The position numbers were made by a program, and so were the translations under genes. This document shows positions 57,712 through 64,000 of a DNA stretch of 64,000 nt, piece by piece. The stretch's first letter is position 1. Every line of letters starts with the position of its first letter. The notes below the pieces were generated by a model that was not told where the DNA came from, did not search any database, and worked only from the letters and a program-made list of their open reading frames with translations. This DNA comes from a bacterium (GTDB lineage: Bacteria; Zhuqueibacterota; Zhuqueibacteria; Residuimicrobiales; Krinioviventaceae), in NCBI GenBank assembly GCA_963674595.2, contig CAXXFV010000027.1, positions 256,001 to 320,000 of the forward strand, read 5' to 3'.

Positions 57712-60700
57712 ACGGTTGTGATCTCCTCGACATGTTGTACATCTCCTCTGTGAAAGAGGTAATAGAGAACCGGAATTACAATAAGACATAAAACCAGTCC
57801 AAAAAGCAATCCAAAACAGATAACTGAGCCAAGCGGTCCCCAAAGCGGAGATCGGCTTGCAATCATCGGCACAACACCGACGGCAGCAGCAGCGGCTGTT
57901 AAAAATATCGGGCGCATTCTTCTTTTGCCGGCAGCAATGGCAGCTTCCTCAAGAGAATAGCCATGAACTCGTCTCAGCTCTTCTGCAAAGGATATATAAA
58001 TAATACCATTTCTCACCACAATTCCCATAAGGCCGATGATACCAACTAGCGCCGTTATTCCAAAAGGATATCCGGTAATTTTTACACCAAGGGCCGCACC
58101 AAAAATACTCAGCGGCATTGTCAGCATGATGAGAATGGTTGTTTTAATATTTCTGAATTGAAATAATAAAATTAAAAAGATAAGTGCAACCGTTACGGCC
58201 ATTGCATAATAGAGTGGTGTTACTTCATTAACATTCATCTCATACTCGCCGCCATAGGTAATAAAGGCGCCTTCAGGCAAAGTCAAGTTCTCTATCATTG
58301 GTCGTGCTTTATTAAAAATCGTTGATGCATATACGTTTCTTTCAACATCCACCATTACAGTAATGCTTCTTATGCCGTTCCTTCTGGCAATTTCTCCCTC
58401 TGTCCATTGTGGTTTTGCATCAGCAAGCTGACGTACCTGTATGGCGGAGGTTAAAAATGGAGATGTCACATATTGATTTAAAACATCGTCTATATCTGTT
58501 TTTGTCTTTTTATCAACCTTTAAATTCACCTGAACAGGATAATCGTTTTCCCAAATTGTAGAGACAGGAAATCCGTGCATTCCTACCATAAGAGAATAGT
58601 CGAGCAATGTTTTCGAATATCCCAGTCGACTGGCCTGGTCCTGCCTGAGGTCAAGCTGAACCGATTGATAAGGTTCTGCATAATCAGTTCTCACATGTTG
58701 AACACCTTCAAAATCGCGAAAAATTGATTCTACCTGATCAGCAACCTGCTTAATCGAACTGATACTGTCTCCGGAAATGCGAATTTCGATCGGGGACTTG
58801 AACGTGGCCATGGCAAGTTGTTTCCATTTTATATAGGCATTTGGAATAGAATTGGTATATTTTTCGCTATATTCATTCAGTATATCAACAGTTGCTTCAC
58901 TTGATTCTGTTATGACTAAAAGTTGTCCGTAATGTTTTGCCGGAAAATTTGGTGCATACAATGAGTTAAAACGCGGTGAACTGGTACCGACAAATGCCGC
59001 TACTTCTTTGACGCGAGGATCCTCTTTTAAAACACCTTCCAGTTCTTTCATAACAGTATCAGTTTGTTTCAGAGAACTGCCGACAGGAAGGAAAACTTCA
59101 ACAGCAAACTGATTTCGGTCAAAAGCCGGAAAAGGCTGTTGAGGCGTTATCAGTAAAATCAAAAGTCCTAAAATGAATGACAGGACGCCAATAAAAACGA
59201 CGCTCTTTTTTTTCTTAAAAGCATTTTCCAGATGTTTATCATAAAATGATTGCAGCCAGTCTAAAAAGGCTCCCTTTTTACCACTTTTTTCACCTTTAAT
59301 TCCGTGTTTTATAAAATCGTAACACATCATAGGAACCCACAAAACAGCAACTAAAAGAGACACAATCAAGGCATAGGCAATGGTCAACGGCAAAGATCTT
59401 ACAAAATCACCGGCAAGACCACTCATAAACATGACCATGGGAGCAAAAGAAAAAATGAGAATTAAAGTAGCGGAAAAGACCGAACCGAATAGATCAGTAA
59501 CGCTTTGTGATGCCGCATCATGGGGTGAAATACCATGGTCAAGTTTTTCCACATAATTGTCTATGATTACAATTGCATTATCGACCACCATGCCCAGAAC
59601 AATGATCAGCCCGGCGAGTGATACGGTTTGCAGGTCCATTCCGGTCATCCACATAATTCCCAAGGTGATAAAAATCGAAATAGGTATAGCTGCCGCCGCA
59701 ACGAACGCAACCCTTTTTGGTAACAGAATTATCGTAACCAGAATAACAGCAATGATAGCGATTCCAAACTCTTTAAGAAAATTTAAAATTGATTTTGATA
59801 CAAAATGCGGCATATCTGATATAAGACCAACACGTACGTCCGATGGAACGCTATTAATAAATTTCTCAATTTCAGTTTTTACTTTACCCCCGTATTGCAC
59901 AATATTGTTTCCGGGCATCATTTCCAGGGATACAATTAAACATTTTTTTTCCGTTTAGCCGAATATATGAGGAAGGTTCCGGGTATTCTCTCACCACTTT
60001 AGCTACATCTTTAACACGAATAACATTTCCCAAAGGGTCCGAGTAAATAATTTGATTAGCAATGTCGTTTTCTGTTTTATAATTTGAAGAGATATGAATG
60101 GGCCGGATAAACGTGCCGTCATCAATTTCTCCGGAATAGTTGACCATTCCTTCGGGTCTTAACGCGGCCAATACGGTTAAAGGTTTAATGCCATAGTGAG
60201 TTAGTTTGGCGTCATCAATATAGACATTGATTTCTTCCTTTTGTAAGCCAAAATGCTTAACTCGTGATGTTTCTTCAATTTTTCGAATATCGTCTTCAAA
60301 TTTTTCAATATATTTTTCGAGTTCTTTATATGTTTTTGTTTCCGATTCAACGGCCAGAAGGATGGCTGAGGTATTGCCAAAATCATCGTTTGCGGTGAGA
60401 GAAGTAACACCGGCAGGCAGTTCCGCTTTAAGTTCATTTAAACCATGACGAAGTTTGAGCCAGAAGGGTTTGGGATTGTTTTCCTTTTTTCGCACCTCAA
60501 CGTATATAACCATCACGTTTTCTTTGGATATGGAGTGGGTTTTTTCCTTATTTACTTCTTCGTATTGAAACAGGTAATTTTCTACCTTTTTAGTGAGCTG
60601 TTCCTCCACCTGTTCGGATGAAGCACCCGGATAAACGCCGATAACCAAACCCTGGCGTATTTTGAATTCCGGAAATTCATCGCGCGGCATTTGTGTCAGT

Positions 60701-60792
60701 GCCACAACACCAAGCAAGACCAAAATGGCAGTAGCGACGACAATAACCTGCTTGTATTGTAAAATAATTTCTATTAATGTTCGTTTTTTCAT
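57708..60792 (-). pseudogene. RND efflux permease split by one frameshift (real lesion or sequencing error)
   Basis: Removing one base from T8 at 59943-59950 joins NGKK to CLIVSLEMMPG and gives a continuous full-length RND protein (GMVVDNAIV, RRMRPIFLT). Confidence 0.85.
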
Positions 60793-60811
60793 TTTTTGTA
60801 TATCCCTGTCA

Positions 60812-61863
60812 CTAGTTAACCAGGCTTACCAATATATTATCAAATAATTTTTGTTGACCGGCAATGACGACCAAGTCACCTTGTTTCAAAACCGTTGGTA
60901 ATTTCTATACCATCTTTTAATAGTCTTCCTGTTTCTACATATTTTTGCGTGGCCCTTTTTTGCTCCGGGTCCACACAATAGACAAAATTTTGTCCTTTTT
61001 CGTCAACCAAAACCGCCTGATTAGGCGCCAAAAGACCGGTTATGGCATTTTCGCTTTCAATAACTACATTACAAATCATGCCGGGTTTTAGGTTAAGTCC
61101 TTTATTGTTTATGCAGATTTTTACATTATAAGTGTGAGACAAGGGATTAGCGACCACACCAATTTCTTCAACAGCGCCACTAAAACTCATATTACCAAGG
61201 GCAGTTACTTTCACGGTGGCATTTTGTCCTGCTTTAATAGATGCAATTTCATTTTCAGAAACTGAGACTTGGGCAAATACTTTTTCAATTTTTATAATTT
61301 CAATAGCTGTTAACCCGGGCATGGCACCCATCCCGATATCAATGGAACGTCTCCCTACAATGCCGTCAACAGGTGAATATAAATAACAATCATCCAGACT
61401 TTTTTTAGAAATTGCAGCAGCCGCTTTTGATTGTTGTAAACTGGTTTTCTATCTCAATCAGTTTGATCTCCGGAAGATTGCCGTTGTTGTACATCGGCAG
61501 CAGTCTGTCGTAAGCATCTTTAGCTTGTTTAAAGGTTGCCAAAGACATTTCATAGGCAATTTTTAAATGTTTCGTTATTTAATTCAGCGAGTAATGTACC
61601 TTTTTTAACGGCAGTTCCTTCTGTCACGTAAACATGAGAAACATTACCAACAACTGAAAAACTTAGAGGAATAGATTCGGATTCCCTAATTGTACCACTA
61701 TATTCAAAAATATGATTATTGTTGAAACGGCTCAACTTTATGCAACTTTAACAGGAACAGGTGTGTTATTTAGCGTGTCATGTTCCACATTTTTAGAACA
61801 TCCAATCCCCAAAGATAAAATTGCACTCATTAATAAAAAGATTACAGGATTTCTTGCTTTCAT
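60812..61863 (-). pseudogene. RND periplasmic adaptor broken by about 4 frameshifts
   Basis: Starts MKARNP...LGIGC (lipobox). Shifts near 61740, 61558-61559, 61445-61448 and 60888-60891. The repaired frame reads NAYEMSLATFKQAKDAYDRL...SPVDG...GLKQGDLVVIAGQQKL...VN*. Confidence 0.8.
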
Positions 61864-61886
61864 TATTACAATCCTCACTACAATTA

Positions 61887-61916
61887 GACAAAATTTGTTT
61901 TTTAGTCGAAAAATAT
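61887..61916 (-). promoter_or_regulatory. probable TetR operator copy 2 (GAC-N15-GTCGAAAAATAT)
   Basis: Same spacing and same 12-nt right arm as the copy upstream of tetR. Confidence 0.55.
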
Positions 61917-61926
61917 TTAAAAAATT

Positions 61927-62506
61927 TTACAAACCTTCAGATATTAACCGGGAGGCTATTTCAATTGATTCAGGATCATCATTATCCAAAAATAAAAACT
62001 GCATTAATCCTCTCAATATTCCATAAATGACGTATGATGCTTTATCGGCCTGAGATTCGTTAATAAAATTAAATTCTTTTTTGCTTAAACCAGAATCTAA
62101 AATTTCTTTAATTATTTTTTTTACCCTTTCGTATATTTGCTGATGTATACTATCAATAAACTTGCTATTCCCACCTATCTCAACCTTTTACCAAAGAATA
62201 AATACTGATCGTGTTCTTTACTTCATTCAGCATAGCTGTAATAAATTTTTTTAATTTTTCCCTGGCAGAAGTCAAGTCCCGAATTGAATTTAAAGAATTA
62301 AAAATTATTTCATCTAATTCCTGCCTGACAACCTGTTCGAATATTTCTTCTTTGTTTTTAAAATAATAATATAATGTACTTTTAGCCTTGCCGGTTTCTT
62401 TTGCAATGTCTTCCATAGTTGATTTATATAATCCCCATTTTTGGAAAACAACTTTGGCTGCTTCAATAATGTTTTGTCTGACTTGTTCGTCTTTGTTTGT
62501 TTTCAT
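61927..62506 (-). pseudogene. TetR/AcrR regulator with one frameshift
   Basis: HTH STMEDIAKETGKAKSTLYYYFKNKEEI. Removing one base at 62182-62183 extends the frame GEIGGNSKF...ASRLISEGL* to a normal ~192 aa. Confidence 0.82.
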
Positions 62507-62507
62507 A

Positions 62508-62566
62508 TTTTCGACCTTTTTCGTTTTTTCGTCGAAAAATATACTAAAATATTATCTAAAACACAA
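62508..62566 (-). promoter_or_regulatory. promoter TTGTGT-N17-TATATT (62566-62538) overlapped by operator TTTTCGAC-N15-GTCGAAAA (62508-62538)
   Basis: Perfect 8-bp inverted repeat covering the predicted TSS and abutting the tetR ATG. Confidence 0.6.
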
Positions 62567-62760
62567 ACAAAAATTTTTAATACTCGAAGAAAATTGCCGT
62601 ATTTTATACTGGTTTTAAGATATAAATTAACCTTTGGTATTTTACAAATGAAAATGAATTATTGGTGGGGTTGCGGCACTATGAGGAACATAAAAAAGAA
62701 AAAGGCATAAAAATAATTAAATCAGATCAAACAATTTCTATATGAATGAAAAGAAAACCT

Positions 62761-63789
62761 CTATAGAGTTTGGTTTAAAAATGAGATTTTAAAAGATGCT
62801 CCGTTATTATTTTTTTGTTCCAAAAAGCCATCTATCTGTTCAGTTAAAATATTAACAAGATAAAGGCCAAAATTTTCAGAACGATCCAAATTATTCAGGG
62901 TGGGCATTCCACTCCCATTGTCTTTAACAATTAGTGTATAATAATTTGTACCGGATTTAACTTGCGGGTAAAATTTAATAATTATTTCAGGATTATCCTG
63001 TTGAGAAAATGCATGCTTTATTGCATTTAAAACAAGTTCATTAATAATTAAGCCACAGGGGATGGCTTTGTCTATAGTCAATGAAATATCGCTGATATCA
63101 AAAGTAAATGTAATTTGTTTATCCTTAATAACATATTTATTGGAAAGTTGAGCAACCAGTTTTTTAAAATAAGTATTTATATTAATTTCAGAAAAGCTAT
63201 CAGACTGATAAAAATTTTCGTGTACAAGTGCTATTGTTTTTATACGCTGTTCATTTTCCAGAAAAATTTGTTTATCTCTTTCATTTTTTAGTTTTTTTGA
63301 CTGAAAATATAACAGACTGGACATAATTTGCAGATTATTTTTAACCCGATGATGAATTTCAGCTAATAATGTTTCTCTTTCTTTAATCAGGTTACGTAAT
63401 TCAACTTCGGTTTGTTTTTGTGTTTGAATGAGATCTTTTAGGTAACAATGTTCCTCTTTTAATTCAGAGTTTTTTAAATTTAATTGTTTTGATAAATCTC
63501 TCAAATAACCAATAATAAAAGCAGAAAGAAATAATGAGGACACAGCCGGCCAGTTTATTAATAATAATTTAACACCCGGTGAATCTAAAAAATTTAGTAA
63601 TACACCATTTAAAACCAGGACGATTATGGATGAGATGACGCCCCCCCTTAATCCATATTGCCAGGCAATGATAGCAGCAGGTATTACTTGTAAAGCAGCG
63701 ACGCGTGCGCCGATAATTTTATATAACAGAATAAAAACGATGCTATAGGCGAAATAAATACCGGCGTGTAAGAATATCATTTTTTTCAA
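62761..63789 (-). CDS. membrane sensor histidine kinase, HisKA_2 type
   Basis: 4 TM segments, EIHHRVKNNLQ, NELVLNAIKHAF, DNGSG, FGLYLV. Confidence 0.92.
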   Translation of the reverse strand: MKKMIFLHAGIYFAYSIVFILLYKIIGARVAALQVIPAAIIAWQYGLRGGVISSIIVLVLNGVLLNFLDSPGVKLLLINWPAVSSLFLSAFIIGYLRDLSKQLNLKNSELKEEHCYLKDLIQTQKQTEVELRNLIKERETLLAEIHHRVKNNLQIMSSLLYFQSKKLKNERDKQIFLENEQRIKTIALVHENFYQSDSFSEININTYFKKLVAQLSNKYVIKDKQITFTFDISDISLTIDKAIPCGLIINELVLNAIKHAFSQQDNPEIIIKFYPQVKSGTNYYTLIVKDNGSGMPTLNNLDRSENFGLYLVNILTEQIDGFLEQKNNNGASFKISFLNQTL

Positions 63790-64000
63790 TGTCAGATCTC
63801 GGTATGTTTTTTTGATTCAATTTAATTTAAAATAAACAAATTCACGTGAATAACAACAACTATATTGATTTTTTTAAAAAAAATTACGAAAAAATCGTAT
63901 TTTTTTATAAACTGAATATAACAAATTTAAATATTTAAAATAAATTGAATCAAACGTATTTCACTCCCTGAATTTTGTTAGAAAACCGAAAATTATGGTA

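Noticed and set aside
57712-57843. N-terminal extension of TolC in the ORF track (similar extensions at 4851-4892, 11461-11538, 22184-22201 and 38414-38434)
   Set aside because: Downstream ATGs have better RBS or stop-start coupling and put the signal or TM segments at the N-terminus.
59943-59950. Phase variation or programmed frameshift at the A8 tract in the RND gene
   Set aside because: Five neighbouring indels lie in runs too short for slippage, so a shared artefact or decay explains all of them more simply.
62180-62182. Selenocysteine or stop read-through at the TGA truncating TetR
   Set aside because: The protein continues in a different frame, so this is a frameshift and not recoding.
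1-64000. Numerous 60-144 aa ORFs antisense to or nested in long genes (e.g. 12270-12704, 10159-10581, 30167-30568, 59557-59958)
   Set aside because: They overlap well-supported genes and have no recognisable motifs; treated as shadow ORFs.
1-64000. CRISPR arrays, tRNA/rRNA, transposases, integrases, riboswitches
   Set aside because: I saw no regularly spaced repeats, cloverleaf/T-loop signatures or recombinase motifs by eye. An Infernal/tRNAscan run would be needed to exclude RNAs fully.

Overview
AT-rich bacterial chromosomal segment. Gene content (lipoproteins, TolC, beta-barrel, Tat substrates) indicates a diderm; an FCB-related lineage such as KSB1/Calditrichota is my inference only. I saw no rRNA, tRNA, CRISPR or mobile element. 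In order: the end of an MBOAT/SGNH acylation pair; a MacB-type export operon with three adaptors and no ATPase; an ~18 kb minus-strand gene run containing a four-phosphatase RsbU/RsbV/RsbW partner-switching cluster plus a B12 radical SAM enzyme, DUF62, site-2 protease, PBP1A and a DRG-like GTPase; an AmmeMemoRadiSam locus whose radical SAM enzyme, DUF362 partner and MEMO-AMMECR1 fusion all carry predicted export signals; an output-less REC-PAS-GAF-GAF protein; a long KamA-type enzyme; a secreted protein/FecR/outer-membrane barrel/CHASE2 adenylate cyclase operon followed by an unannotated 59-aa ORF; a putative inositol/sugar-phosphate uptake cluster; two convergent TetR-controlled RND systems, the second broken by about 6 frameshifts that look like sequencing errors; and a HisKA_2 kinase. 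The best candidates for an undescribed system are the apparently periplasmic AmmeMemoRadiSam module and the FecR-to-cAMP trans-envelope module. All family calls come from motif recognition by eye; no searches were run.
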